Origin: Longimicrobiales bacterium
GTDB lineage: Bacteria > Gemmatimonadota > Gemmatimonadetes > Longimicrobiales > Gaopeijiaceae
Length of the DNA: 64,000 nt
Reading direction: 5' to 3'
NCBI GenBank assembly: GCA_963422615.1
Contig: OY730414.1
Coordinates: forward strand, 2,092,302-2,156,301
Positions 1 through 9,761 of this stretch are shown one piece after another (the first letter of the stretch is position 1; the number at the start of each line of letters is the position of its first letter). The notes under the pieces were generated by a model. It saw only the letters and a program-made list of their open reading frames with translations, was not told where the DNA came from and did no database searches. Made by a program: the position numbers and the translations under genes.

Positions 1-1
1 G

Positions 2-484
2 GTCAACTTCGCCGCGCCAACCCTCGGGCGGGTCATCGCCAGTCTTTGCCGCGACGTCGAGCGCCCCAACGACGCGGCCCCTGCGGGGGGGAGCATCGTC
101 CGGTCCGCGGGCATTCTCGTGGGACGGGTGACGGACGCGGCGGGCCGCCCCGTTTCCGGGGTTACGGTCGGGGTTTTTTCCAGGGTGTACGACATCAGGA
201 CGGACCGGGAGACGCCCACCGAAACCACGCGGTTGCGGGAAGGGCGCATCGGAGCGGGAACGACGACCAACGCCCTGGGGTTCTATAGGGCGTGTTGGGT
301 TCCCGTCGATACTTCATTGGAGGTGGCCATCCTGGGGGACGACGAAGTCTCACGGGACCTTGAGCTTGAAGCCGCGTATACCATGTCCGACCTCATCGCC
401 AGGCGGAAACGGACGATCATCATCTCGTCTGATCTTCCTTACGAGATCCTGGACCTGCGGATCGAGCGCGGCGAGAAGCCTTGA
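2..484 (+). CDS. Partial (5'-truncated) secreted protein with carboxypeptidase-regulatory-like domain
   Basis: Frame is open from base 2 (VNFAAPTLGRVIASLCRD...ILVGRVTDAAGRPVSGVTV...TTTNALGFYRAC). GRVTD..G.PV.G.TV / T...G.Y is the CarboxypepD_reg-like pattern. Stop overlaps the next start (TTGA). Confidence 0.6.
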   Translation, partial: VNFAAPTLGRVIASLCRDVERPNDAAPAGGSIVRSAGILVGRVTDAAGRPVSGVTVGVFSRVYDIRTDRETPTETTRLREGRIGAGTTTNALGFYRACWVPVDTSLEVAILGDDEVSRDLELEAAYTMSDLIARRKRTIIISSDLPYEILDLRIERGEKP

Positions 485-2649
485 ACGCACCCGGCTTCCG
501 TTGCACCCCGAGTCCAGCGCGGCTCCTGGCCCTCGCGGTGGTCGTCCTCTCGCCCCCTCCGCTCTTCGGGGTCCAGAATGAAGCCCGCGACACGGTGGCC
601 CTTGCTCCCATCGTCGTGTCGGTGCTGCGGTCCCCCGCCCTTTTGGAGAGCCTCCCCTTTTCCGCTTCCGTCCTCGCAGGACGGAGCCTGAAGGAGGGGA
701 GCACCGGTCTCTTCATTGAAGAGGCGCTGCACGGCTTGCCCGGGGTGCGGGTGCAGAACCGCTACAATCCGGCCGTGGGGGAGCGCATCTCCATTCGCGG
801 GTTCGGCGCCCGCTCCCAGTTCGGTATCCGGGGACTCAAGGTCCTCGTAGACGGCATTCCGGCCACCCTGCCCGACGGCCAGTCCACCTTGGATCACCTG
901 GACATCGGTTCCCTGGGGCGGGTCGAAGCCCTGCGGGGGCCAGCCGCCGCGCTCTACGGGAACGGGGCCGGGGGAGTCCTTCTGTTCCGGAGCACCGAAC
1001 CCTATGAGGGGGCCTATCACCAGGGGGGGACCGTCGTTGTCGGTTCGGACGGCCTGTATCGGATCCAAGCCACGGGTTCGGGCACCGCAGGAGGGCTGGG
1101 ATTTCGGGGGAGCGTGGCCAGGAACCGCTTCGACGGATTCCGGGACAACGACTCGGATTCGGGGGAAAACCCGTACAGCCGAGCAGACCGTACGATCGTC
1201 AACGCCCGGTTGGCGTCCGCCCTGGCCGGCGGCACCTTCGCCTTCCAGATCAGTGGCCTGGAGCTTGACGCTCTCAACCCCGGCTCCCTTCCCGGGGAGC
1301 TCTTCGGCGCCGGGAGCCGGCAGGCCTGGGGGTTCAACGTAGCCCGCCGGACCCGGAAGCATGTGCGGCAGGCCCAGGCAGGGGTCAGCTGGCAGGGGCT
1401 CCTGGGTCATATGGAGGGCATTTTGTCCGCCTACGGGGTCAGGCGCGAACTGGACAATCCCATCCCCACTCAGGTAATCGACCTCACCAGAAACGGCGGG
1501 GGCGTGCGCCTGGTGCTGGCGCACGTGTGGGACGGCGGGACCCGGCTGGACTTCGGACTGGAGGGCGAAATCCAGGATGACGATCGCAAGAACTTCGCGA
1601 ACGAGGACGGGGAGGCCGGCGACCTTGCGCTGAATCAGCAGGAACGGGTGCTAGCCGGCGCGGCGTTCGGCCTGTTTCGCCTTCCCTTGGCGGGTCGGCT
1701 CCACCTTACCGGGGCCCTCCGATTCGACCATTTCAGTTTCCGCGCCGACGACCGCTTCGTCACGATCGACAACCCGGACGACTCGGGAAGCCGGAACTTG
1801 GCCACAATGAGCCCATCCTTGGGTGCCCACCTGGACCTTGGCGATCACGGCCTCTTCGCGTCGGTCGCCCGTTCCTTCGAAACCCCAACGACGACGGAGC
1901 TCGCCAACCGGCCCGATCGGGCGGGTGGCTTCAACCCCGACCTGACGCCGCAGTACGGCTGGACGGTGGACGTAGGGGTCAGGGGCACATGGCGCGGCCT
2001 CCTTGCCTACGACGTCGCCGCCTTCTCCTCCCGACTCCAGAACCAGCTGCTCCCCTTCGAGGTGCCGTCGGCGCCGGGGCGCCGGTTCTTCCAGAACGCC
2101 GGAAGGTCAAGAATCCGGGGCTTCGAGGTGTCCGCCCGGGCGGTGTTGTTGTCGTCCCTGACAGGACGCCTCGCCTACGGCTACATCGACGCCCGGTTCA
2201 CCGATTTCACCACAAGGGGTGGTTCCTTTGACGGCAACCGGATTCCCGGTGTTGCGCCCCACCGGTTGGAGGCCGCGCTTCGGGGCGGCCGCGGGCCCTG
2301 GTTCGGGGAGGTTCGCATGGAAGTGCGGGACGACGTACCCGCCAACGATGGCAACGACGCCTTCGCTAACGGCTACGTCCTGGTAGATGTTCGGCTCGGA
2401 GCCCACGAGCTCCGGATCCGGAACTTCCGGTTCTCTCCTTTCGCGGGCGTGACCAACGTCACCGACACGCACTACGCCTCATCGGTGGTGGTCAACGCCT
2501 TCGGGGGACGCTACTTCGAGCCGGGTCCGGACCGCGGTGGGTACCTCGGTCTCTCCTTGGGGTGGGACACCGGACCGGAACCGGCAGACCGTCCGAGTCG
2601 GCAGCCTAACCCGGACCCTCGCGCGTCGTACACCCCGTATCGTCACTGA
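481..2649 (+). CDS. TonB-dependent outer-membrane receptor
   Basis: Signal peptide; plug motifs LPGV, ISIRGFG, VLVDGIP, RVEALRGPAAALYGNGAGGVL; C-terminal N.TD..Y...PGPDR barrel end. Confidence 0.93.
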   Translation: MNAPGFRCTPSPARLLALAVVVLSPPPLFGVQNEARDTVALAPIVVSVLRSPALLESLPFSASVLAGRSLKEGSTGLFIEEALHGLPGVRVQNRYNPAVGERISIRGFGARSQFGIRGLKVLVDGIPATLPDGQSTLDHLDIGSLGRVEALRGPAAALYGNGAGGVLLFRSTEPYEGAYHQGGTVVVGSDGLYRIQATGSGTAGGLGFRGSVARNRFDGFRDNDSDSGENPYSRADRTIVNARLASALAGGTFAFQISGLELDALNPGSLPGELFGAGSRQAWGFNVARRTRKHVRQAQAGVSWQGLLGHMEGILSAYGVRRELDNPIPTQVIDLTRNGGGVRLVLAHVWDGGTRLDFGLEGEIQDDDRKNFANEDGEAGDLALNQQERVLAGAAFGLFRLPLAGRLHLTGALRFDHFSFRADDRFVTIDNPDDSGSRNLATMSPSLGAHLDLGDHGLFASVARSFETPTTTELANRPDRAGGFNPDLTPQYGWTVDVGVRGTWRGLLAYDVAAFSSRLQNQLLPFEVPSAPGRRFFQNAGRSRIRGFEVSARAVLLSSLTGRLAYGYIDARFTDFTTRGGSFDGNRIPGVAPHRLEAALRGGRGPWFGEVRMEVRDDVPANDGNDAFANGYVLVDVRLGAHELRIRNFRFSPFAGVTNVTDTHYASSVVVNAFGGRYFEPGPDRGGYLGLSLGWDTGPEPADRPSRQPNPDPRASYTPYRH

Positions 2650-3565
2650 CGAGCCATAGGCTGTTCCCCACCGGGCGTTCGCCGGTGGGGTCGGAGGGCC
2701 GGTTGGCGAGGCGACCCCGAAGGGAAATCGCCGAGGAGCCGCCCCCGTCCAAGTTGATAGCATCGTCCACTCCCAGGGCCAAAAACAGGTCCGTGAGCTC
2801 CGGCAGCGACATTCCCACCGACCGGGGAGCCTGGCGCCCGTCCACAACGGCGAGCCAGAAAACCCCTTCCTCGCGATTGAAGCCCGCTCCCGTGCGGGGA
2901 TGGCGGTCGGCCGCGAAGGACGGCAACACCTCGGACCGTAGGTAGCCCCCCGGTCGGCCACCGTCGAGAAGTTCCGGAAAACCGCTCACGACCTGCAGGG
3001 AGTGGGGGCGGCTGCCCATACTCAGGACCTCGAAGCCGAATCTCACGCGGCCCGGTTCTTCCCGCACCGGTATGCCAATCCACGGCGCCTGTCCCGCCCG
3101 CCAAGCCAGTGCGGGCCGCCCGGCGAAGCGCTGGGTGGTTGACGTGACCTCCGAACCCAAGGGGATTCCTCCCTCCCCAAAGAAGTCCCCGTTCACCCCA
3201 GCGAGCACCCTGGCTGGCAAGGGCGGAAACATCTGGGAGACGGACATGCGCCGGCGGGTGACACCGTCCGCTTCGACCGCAGGGACGACCAGGAGGCTCA
3301 CATCGCAACGCCGCAGATCCGCAGAAACCAAATGAACCGCCCACGGTCCTTGAGGGGACCACACGTATCGGTAGAAAACCCCGTCGCCCAGCCGAAGCGA
3401 CCGAAGGGAATCGGGAGCCAGCTGTTCCAGGGCTCGGGGAGGGAGTGGCGGGACCCTCCCGGCGGGCTGGTCCGGGGCCGTGCAGGTCCACAGCAACGTG
3501 AGCTGGACCGCCACAACCCAGGGAAGCCAAACGGATGTTCGTGACCGGTTCGAGAAAAGGGACAC
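2606..3565 (-). CDS. Phosphodiester glycosidase (NAGPA/DUF2233) family lipoprotein
   Basis: VNGDFF, HPRTGAG, VVDGRQ, AINLDGGGSS motifs; lipobox-like LWTC. Start uncertain (ORF track extends to 3826). The 3' end overlaps the receptor 3' end by 44 nt. Confidence 0.85.
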   Translation of the reverse strand: MSLFSNRSRTSVWLPWVVAVQLTLLWTCTAPDQPAGRVPPLPPRALEQLAPDSLRSLRLGDGVFYRYVWSPQGPWAVHLVSADLRRCDVSLLVVPAVEADGVTRRRMSVSQMFPPLPARVLAGVNGDFFGEGGIPLGSEVTSTTQRFAGRPALAWRAGQAPWIGIPVREEPGRVRFGFEVLSMGSRPHSLQVVSGFPELLDGGRPGGYLRSEVLPSFAADRHPRTGAGFNREEGVFWLAVVDGRQAPRSVGMSLPELTDLFLALGVDDAINLDGGGSSAISLRGRLANRPSDPTGERPVGNSLWLVSDDTGCTTREGPG

Positions 3566-3779
3566 GGGCTTTAGCGGTGAAACCTCTGCATGGAGACGCG
3601 CGTCGGAGGGAAGGGCTTGTAAACCTGTGGATTCAAGGGAATCACCAAGTCGGCTCCGGAAGCGGCCCACCAGCCACAAGCAGCCGCTGAGCCGGAACAC
3701 CGAATCCCCGTCCAGGTTATACTCCCGGCCATGCTTTGTTTCTCCCCCTTGTGCGATCCCCTTCACCGGTTCCCTCCCC

Positions 3780-4328
3780 ATGTCCCTCATCCGTGCCGTA
3801 CCGTCACCTCCCGACCCCTTTTCCACCCGGGCGAGCTCCCTGTCGTTTGTCCTCCGCGGGGTCCTCTGCTTTTTCGCTGCGGGGACCCTCGCAACAACCG
3901 GAACCGCTTCTGGCCAATATCACATCGGGGTTTCCCTAGGGGGGGCGAGCACCCTCGCCTTGGTCGCCGAACACCGCTGGAACCGCCAAGGTCTGGAAGT
4001 GCAGGCGGGAACGTGGCGGCTCCGGGATTTCAGCTTGTCCTTGACCGCCAAGCAGTACGTGGGCTCCAGCGCCGTTGAACCCTTCCTGGGAGTCGGGCTC
4101 TGGGGCATGGTTGTCCGCCCCGGAGAGGGGACGGGGTTCGGGCTGATCGGACGGCTCCCTGTCGGACTGAACTGGAAGCCATCGGAAGCGCACTCGGTGG
4201 CACTGACGGTTTACCTGAACCGGGCTCTGGCCCTCCGGCGCCCGGACCCGGAGGACCGCCGTCCTCCCCGCTCCACCATCATTCCCCTGCCGGAGTTCAG
4301 CTATCGGTGGCGGCAAGAGGGAAGATAG
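3780..4328 (+). CDS. Hypothetical secreted protein, probable small beta-barrel
   Basis: Hydrophobic signal-like segment, alternating beta-strand pattern, C-terminal EFSYRW. Start uncertain. Confidence 0.55.
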   Translation: MSLIRAVPSPPDPFSTRASSLSFVLRGVLCFFAAGTLATTGTASGQYHIGVSLGGASTLALVAEHRWNRQGLEVQAGTWRLRDFSLSLTAKQYVGSSAVEPFLGVGLWGMVVRPGEGTGFGLIGRLPVGLNWKPSEAHSVALTVYLNRALALRRPDPEDRRPPRSTIIPLPEFSYRWRQEGR

Positions 4329-4406
4329 CGGCCAAAGTGTATCTGCAGGATTGCATCCTGTTCTCCTGCCGCCATGCACCATAGTGCGAATGCCCACCGT
4401 TGGTTC

Positions 4407-6068
4407 TTATACGTTGGCACACACTTCGTCAATGTCCGTCACCCTGAAGTGAAGCCGGATAGTCTGACCTGTCCGTTCCGAGGAGACAAGTTCGATATTC
4501 GACCCCAGGTCGCCGGACACCGGGTCCTCGGTAAGTACAAAATTTGCCTCCGACCACTTTGTCTCGCCCTTGTCCTGAAAGTAGAGGCCTATTGAATAGC
4601 GCTCCCCGATAACCAAACCGTCCAGAGCAACCTGGCCATTCACAAATGCATGGTTGGACCACTGGTCACCCATCCGCTTGAAGTAGAACGGATAGTTTAC
4701 TTGGACCGTGACCTCCCCGCAGACGATATCCAATGCAAGTTCCAGTCGGACGCGGTCCGGATCTTCGGAAGGAAGGGAGACGTTCACCTTTTGCCCGCAG
4801 TTGAAAGAACCCTCGGCCATCACCCTGAGGTCCCGGACCGAACTAACGGTGTAGCTCACTTGTCCGACGTCGCGTGGAAAGCCGTAGAGCGACAGCACCT
4901 GACCCTTGAACGCACGTTCTTTCCTGAACCCTCTGGCAGAGAAAGCAACCTTGAGCTCTTCCTTCGGCACCCGGTCGAACCGAATCTCGGTACCGGCGTC
5001 CGCCCCACAAATTTTTGAGCTGGCAACCAACCAGCCCAAACTGAAGTAGGAGAAGTGACGGGTCTCAAAGCTCACAGCGAGCGTTGCAGATGCCGGGCGT
5101 CCGTTCCCTACGGGCCCGGCTTGGACCGTAATCTCGCCTTCTCGTTTCCACTCTCCCGCTCCGGGAACCAAGCTCCAAAAGGGAATCAAATCCCCGGCGC
5201 GAACCAATGCTCCCGTCTCCGGGTTGAACGTCCCTCGGGGAATGGAGAGCTCAATCTGGGCACCTTTCGACAGATTCGCGGCTTCCCGACCCGACGCGTC
5301 TTTCAACTCAACAGAAGTAAAGCCGGCCGTTACAAACGCCCCGCCCTCCCCTTCGTCACCCACGTTGAAATGATCAAATCCACCCGGAAACGCCGCCAGA
5401 GAAGATTCGGTCTCGCTGTTGAAATAGGTCACCGACACGGAAAGATCGCCTTGAAGGGGGTTGCCATCAAAATCCGCAAGCTTGGTCCCTTCGGGCACAT
5501 GCACTCGGGCCGCAGCGCCGCTTTCCGACTCGGTCGGAGTGGTAACGGTTACAGGTGCAGCTGTCTCTCCGGTAGAGGACGCCTGACCGGTTTTCTTGTA
5601 AACTCCTGCCGCGCCCTCCGGTGGGTTATCAACGCTGACAAGCATAACCTGTACCGCATGTGCGCCTGATTCTTCCACGGCCACTGTGGCCAGGGTTTCC
5701 AGATAGCCTTCCGTCTTCACATGCAGGGTGAACCGAAAGGGATTTGCCCGGGTTGGCGTCTCCCCGTCGCGAATGCCCAGCTGAAGACCGCCGACCTTCG
5801 TGGTGGCCTCTGTAATCCTATCGAAAAAAAGCGGATCAATAACCGAATTGGCATCGCTACCGCCAATCGTAACCGAGGTCTTGCGGGTCACCAACTCCCG
5901 GGTTTCAGCATCCAGAATCTGCACTCCCACCGTGGTCTCGAGGCCCGGAACATTGATAACAACGTCAATGCTGTTCTCAAGGTCTCTTATTTTGGTCAGG
6001 TCACAGGCCGAGAGCCCTGCCAGCAGCAAAAGCATACTGGTAAATCCGGTTCGGAAACGAGTACGCAT
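4407..6068 (-). CDS. Surface lipoprotein with beta-sandwich / ZU5-like region
   Basis: Lipobox LSAC; IPFWS...GEWKREG...HFSYF motif; visibly lower GC than flanks. Confidence 0.7.
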   Translation of the reverse strand: MRTRFRTGFTSMLLLLAGLSACDLTKIRDLENSIDVVINVPGLETTVGVQILDAETRELVTRKTSVTIGGSDANSVIDPLFFDRITEATTKVGGLQLGIRDGETPTRANPFRFTLHVKTEGYLETLATVAVEESGAHAVQVMLVSVDNPPEGAAGVYKKTGQASSTGETAAPVTVTTPTESESGAAARVHVPEGTKLADFDGNPLQGDLSVSVTYFNSETESSLAAFPGGFDHFNVGDEGEGGAFVTAGFTSVELKDASGREAANLSKGAQIELSIPRGTFNPETGALVRAGDLIPFWSLVPGAGEWKREGEITVQAGPVGNGRPASATLAVSFETRHFSYFSLGWLVASSKICGADAGTEIRFDRVPKEELKVAFSARGFRKERAFKGQVLSLYGFPRDVGQVSYTVSSVRDLRVMAEGSFNCGQKVNVSLPSEDPDRVRLELALDIVCGEVTVQVNYPFYFKRMGDQWSNHAFVNGQVALDGLVIGERYSIGLYFQDKGETKWSEANFVLTEDPVSGDLGSNIELVSSERTGQTIRLHFRVTDIDEVCANV

Positions 6069-6082
6069 GGATCCTTATTCCT

Positions 6083-6763
6083 TTATGATCGAATTGCAAG
6101 GCCAATCGAAATGACTGGATAGATTCGAATCTCGTTCAAAGCTTCCTGAACGGTCGCGGTCGCCTCGGTCATGGGCTCAATCATGCCCGTCCCCCTCACA
6201 TTGCGGACCTGCACCGGACCGGAAAAAAGGATTCCAGCATCAAGGGTCAGGCCGATCCGGCGGCTGCCGCTCGCTACATTTCCGATTCCGACACCGGCGT
6301 ACGGGGCGATCGTCCGGTCATGGGACAGGTCCACCGCAAGGGTCCCCACTTGCGCCTTCGTGAAGGTGCGCGACTTGATCGTGTAGTCCTCCAGAGCTTC
6401 CAAGGAAGCCCGGGCGTTCACCCCGTTGTACATCAAGCCTCCGGTCAGGCGAAACCAATGGCCAAAAGGCATGAAGTCCGCAAAGAGTTGGGCGGAGGCA
6501 AATCGTGCCTCAACGGAGACGTCCAGGTCGATGGTTTCGTTTTCGAAGGTGATCTCGCGGTTCAAGGGGAAATAGGATCCACCGGCCCGGATCGCGAGGG
6601 GCCCTCTGAATTGGTGCGCCACCTCAACCCCGGCCCCCAAGGAGCCTGCCCGGAGCGCAAACCCAGTCTGGGCAGCAGCAGAGCCGGGAGGGAGCGATGC
6701 CAGCAGGAAAGCCACTGTGGTGGCCCACGGCCGCTTTGCTAAAAGTATTCTCCGGATGATCAT
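6083..6763 (-). CDS. Outer-membrane beta-barrel protein
   Basis: Signal peptide (AAA-Q); GSLGAGVEV, PYAGVGIG and C-terminal YPVISIGL strand; co-oriented 14 nt upstream of the lipoprotein. Confidence 0.75.
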   Translation of the reverse strand: MIIRRILLAKRPWATTVAFLLASLPPGSAAAQTGFALRAGSLGAGVEVAHQFRGPLAIRAGGSYFPLNREITFENETIDLDVSVEARFASAQLFADFMPFGHWFRLTGGLMYNGVNARASLEALEDYTIKSRTFTKAQVGTLAVDLSHDRTIAPYAGVGIGNVASGSRRIGLTLDAGILFSGPVQVRNVRGTGMIEPMTEATATVQEALNEIRIYPVISIGLAIRS

Positions 6764-6875
6764 GCTCAGACTCGAATCTCCCGCCGAAATGGCAAGCCCG
6801 GGTGGGGCTCCTCATAGGTAGAGCCACCTCAACGTAAGCGAATCACTGCAAACCGCAAAACCGCCGTGGGCTGGA

Positions 6876-7121
6876 TCAGAGCCGTTCCGGCTCGTCCCAC
6901 GTTTCCGACCAGAAGCGATCTTCTTCCCCGCGGATGTCTTCCATGTCCAGGGGTTTGTCCTTTGGGTTTGAAAGGCGTCCGTGTTCCTCGATTTCGCGGA
7001 CGTCGTCGTTCGACAGGCGGCGCCGAGCGGTGCGTCGCCGCGTGTGCAGGTGCAGCCGCCGGCGGGCCGCCAGACCCGCCCCCAAGGCCAGGACGGTCAA
7101 CCCGAGAAAGAACGCCTCCAT
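6876..7121 (-). CDS. Small membrane-anchored hypothetical protein (81 aa)
   Basis: ATG overlaps the thrC stop (TGATG); N-terminal TM helix, acidic tail EEDRFWSETWDEPE. Confidence 0.65.
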   Translation of the reverse strand: MEAFFLGLTVLALGAGLAARRRLHLHTRRRTARRRLSNDDVREIEEHGRLSNPKDKPLDMEDIRGEEDRFWSETWDEPERL

Positions 7122-8311
7122 CACGCGACTGGGGTCATCCCCACGTACTTGAGTCCGCTTCCGGTGTTGAACAGGACGACTTCGTCCGAAGCATCCAGGA
7201 GCTCCATCTCCCGCAGCTTCGGCAACGCCGCCGCCGTAGCCCCCCCTTCCGGGGCCGCAAAGATCCCGGTCGCGGCTCCTATAATCTGAACCCAGGCCGC
7301 CATCTCCCTGTCGGGAACCGCGACGGCGCCCCCCCCCGACTCCCGCAGGGCTCGGAGGATGAGAAAATCCCCTATGGCACCGGGGACGCGCAGGCCCGAG
7401 GCGTAGGTCACGGCGTGCTCCCACGTACCCGCCTCATCCCGACCCTCTTCCCACGCTCGCACCACCGGCGCACACCCCGAAGCCTGCACCGAGAACATCT
7501 TCGGACGCTCCGACCCGATCCAGCCGAGCTGCTCCATCTCGGCGAAGGCCTTCCACATGCCGATCAGCCCTGTGCCCCCACCCGTCGGGTAGACGATGGC
7601 ACTGGGCAATCTCCCACCCAGCTGTTCGAAAAGCTCGTACCCCATCGTCTTCTTCCCCTCCACCCGGTAGGGCTCCTTCAAGGTGGACAAGTCCCACCAC
7701 CCGTGCTGATCGCACCCCTGGCGCACCACCCTTCCGCAGTCGCTGATCAATCCGTCGATCAGACGCAGGTTGGCACCCAGAGCCCGGGTCTCGGCCAGGA
7801 TCGGGGCGGGTGTGTCCCCAGGCACCACGACATGAACCGCCAGTCCCGCCGCAGCCCCGTAGGCGGCGCTGGCACTCCCGGCGTTCCCAGCGGAAGGAAT
7901 CGCGAGCGCTGGCGCCCCAAGCTCAAGGGCCCGAGATACCGCCACGCTGAGTCCCCGGTCCTTGAAAGACCCCGTCGGATTCTGACCTTCGTCCTTGATC
8001 CACAGGCGGGCGACTTCCATTTTGCGGGCCAGCCGCGACGACTCCACCAGGGGGGTGAAGCCTTCTCCCAAAGTGATTTGGCAGGCTCTATTCCGAACCG
8101 GCAGGACCTCTTCGTATCGCCAGATGCTGGGGCGCCGACCGGGGAGGGCACCGGGAGTGAAGCAATTCCGCATCGCGTCCAGGTCGTAACGGGCGAAGAG
8201 GGGCTTCCCTGCGGACGAGAGTCCGATCCGCTGTTCGGACTCGAAGGTCGCTCCGGTGGCGCTGCAGTCCAGGCGGATCGCGCCGGGTAGGCTATCTGGG
8301 AGGGGATTCAT
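7121..8311 (-). CDS. thrC: Threonine synthase (PLP fold-type II)
   Basis: ITLGEGFTPL, NPTGSFKDRG (PLP lysine), SAGNAG, EPYRVEGKKT, PTGGGTG, FNTGSGLKY. Confidence 0.9.
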   Translation of the reverse strand: MNPLPDSLPGAIRLDCSATGATFESEQRIGLSSAGKPLFARYDLDAMRNCFTPGALPGRRPSIWRYEEVLPVRNRACQITLGEGFTPLVESSRLARKMEVARLWIKDEGQNPTGSFKDRGLSVAVSRALELGAPALAIPSAGNAGSASAAYGAAAGLAVHVVVPGDTPAPILAETRALGANLRLIDGLISDCGRVVRQGCDQHGWWDLSTLKEPYRVEGKKTMGYELFEQLGGRLPSAIVYPTGGGTGLIGMWKAFAEMEQLGWIGSERPKMFSVQASGCAPVVRAWEEGRDEAGTWEHAVTYASGLRVPGAIGDFLILRALRESGGGAVAVPDREMAAWVQIIGAATGIFAAPEGGATAAALPKLREMELLDASDEVVLFNTGSGLKYVGMTPVA

Positions 8312-8467
8312 TCGGACCTGACCTGGGGAATCGTTGGGCGGACGGAGTTGAGCAGCCGGAAGGTTGGAAGCACGGGGCTCGCGACCGGAGATGCGAGGCC
8401 GTCTGTGCACCGCTGCGTCCCTAAGCTGGCAGTCTGCATTCCGGAACGAAACCCCTTGAACCTCCAG

Positions 8468-8496
8468 GCAACCATCGGCCCGTGGAACCGCGTCTC
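8468..8496 (+). promoter_or_regulatory. Candidate ECF-sigma promoter (GCAACC-N17-CGTCT)
   Basis: AAC...CGT spacing typical of ECF promoters, just upstream of the conserved part of the sigma ORF; suggests autoregulation. Confidence 0.3.
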
Positions 8497-8521
8497 AAGG
8501 CACGACCACGGAAATCCCGGC

Positions 8522-9109
8522 TTGCCCGGGGCCACAGAGCAACGGGATCCCCAGGCCATTGAAGCGCATCTGATTCGCAAAGCGTGCGAGGGAGACGAAC
8601 GAGCCGTCCGGGCTCTCTATGACCGCTACGCCCCCCGGGTGTACGCGGTGGTCCGACGCATTGCCGGAACGGACGACTTGGCCCAGGACTTCGCACAGGA
8701 GACCTGGATCCGGGCCATTCGGGCCTTGCCCAGTTTCCGGGGCGACGCTCGGTTTTCCACCTGGCTGCACCGGATCGCCGTCAACACGGCGCTCCAGGAG
8801 GTCAGGAAGGCGAAGGGGAGTTGGCGGCGGGAGACATCGATGTCGGATGTCATCCCCGTGGCTCCCCGGATTGGGGATGTGCTGTTGGAGCAGAAGGTGG
8901 CGAAGGCGCTGGACCGGCTGCCCCGAGGCATGAGGAAGGTGATGATCCTCCACGATATCGAGGGTTACACACACCAAGAGATCGGCACGGCCCTGGGCGT
9001 GGCTCCGGGCACGTCGAAGTCACAGCTGTTCAAGGCGCGGGCGAAAATGCGGCGCATGCTCCGCGCGTACGAGGGCGAACCCAGGGAAGCAGAGGCATGG
9101 AGCGGCTGA
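8522..9109 (+). CDS. ECF RNA polymerase sigma-70 factor
   Basis: Region 2 (AQDFAQETWIRA, FRGDARFSTWLHRIAVN) and region 4 (LHDIEGYTHQEIG...GTSKSQLFKAR). Start uncertain (ORF open from 8348). Confidence 0.93.
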   Translation: MPGATEQRDPQAIEAHLIRKACEGDERAVRALYDRYAPRVYAVVRRIAGTDDLAQDFAQETWIRAIRALPSFRGDARFSTWLHRIAVNTALQEVRKAKGSWRRETSMSDVIPVAPRIGDVLLEQKVAKALDRLPRGMRKVMILHDIEGYTHQEIGTALGVAPGTSKSQLFKARAKMRRMLRAYEGEPREAEAWSG

Positions 9110-9756
9110 ATCTCGAACAGTTGGCACGGTTGGTAGATGAACCGCCCACCCCGGAGGAGCGGGCGATTCTCGACGCAAACCCCCATCTTCAACGGGAGCT
9201 GGCGGCCCTCAAGAACCAGACCCGAGCGCTCAAGAACCTCCCTGCGGTTCTTCCGCCCCCCGGACGGTGGAACGAATTGGAGGCCAAGCTTGTGGCTGCC
9301 GGTCTCATCGATCGCAGGAGGGGAAAGACGGTTGTCCTGCGGAAGTGGATCCAAGCCGCCGCCGCCCTGGTTCTCTTCACCGGAGGTACGGTCTTCGGAT
9401 GGGGTGTGGCCTCGGCCCCGGAGCCAGCGCCGGAACTTCAGGCAGGTGCCGGTCTCCCGGCCCCCGAAACGCCTTCTTTCGCGTCCCTTGAAGAAGCAAG
9501 AAGGGCGGTCCAGACAGCAGAACGGCAGTGGATCCGGGCCTACGGGGAGTACCGGCGCCTGGCCGACGGCCGAAGCCAGCGAACCCCCCCCGGGGATGCG
9601 GCGTCCCGTCTCGCCGCGATCGAGGCCCTGGTTGCCACAAGTCGAGCCGCCGTGGAGGCGTCGCCAGCGGACGTCTTCTTCAACGGATTCTTGGTGAGCA
9701 CCCTGGCGGAGAGACAACAGATGCTCCGACAGATCAGCCGGGAAGATTGGCACTGA
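9097..9756 (+). CDS. Probable anti-sigma factor (single TM)
   Basis: Overlaps the sigma stop; N-terminal LARLVDE helix, one TM segment (AAAALVLFTGGTVFGW), helical periplasmic tail. Confidence 0.7.
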   Translation: MERLNLEQLARLVDEPPTPEERAILDANPHLQRELAALKNQTRALKNLPAVLPPPGRWNELEAKLVAAGLIDRRRGKTVVLRKWIQAAAALVLFTGGTVFGWGVASAPEPAPELQAGAGLPAPETPSFASLEEARRAVQTAERQWIRAYGEYRRLADGRSQRTPPGDAASRLAAIEALVATSRAAVEASPADVFFNGFLVSTLAERQQMLRQISREDWH

Positions 9757-9761
9757 TCCCC

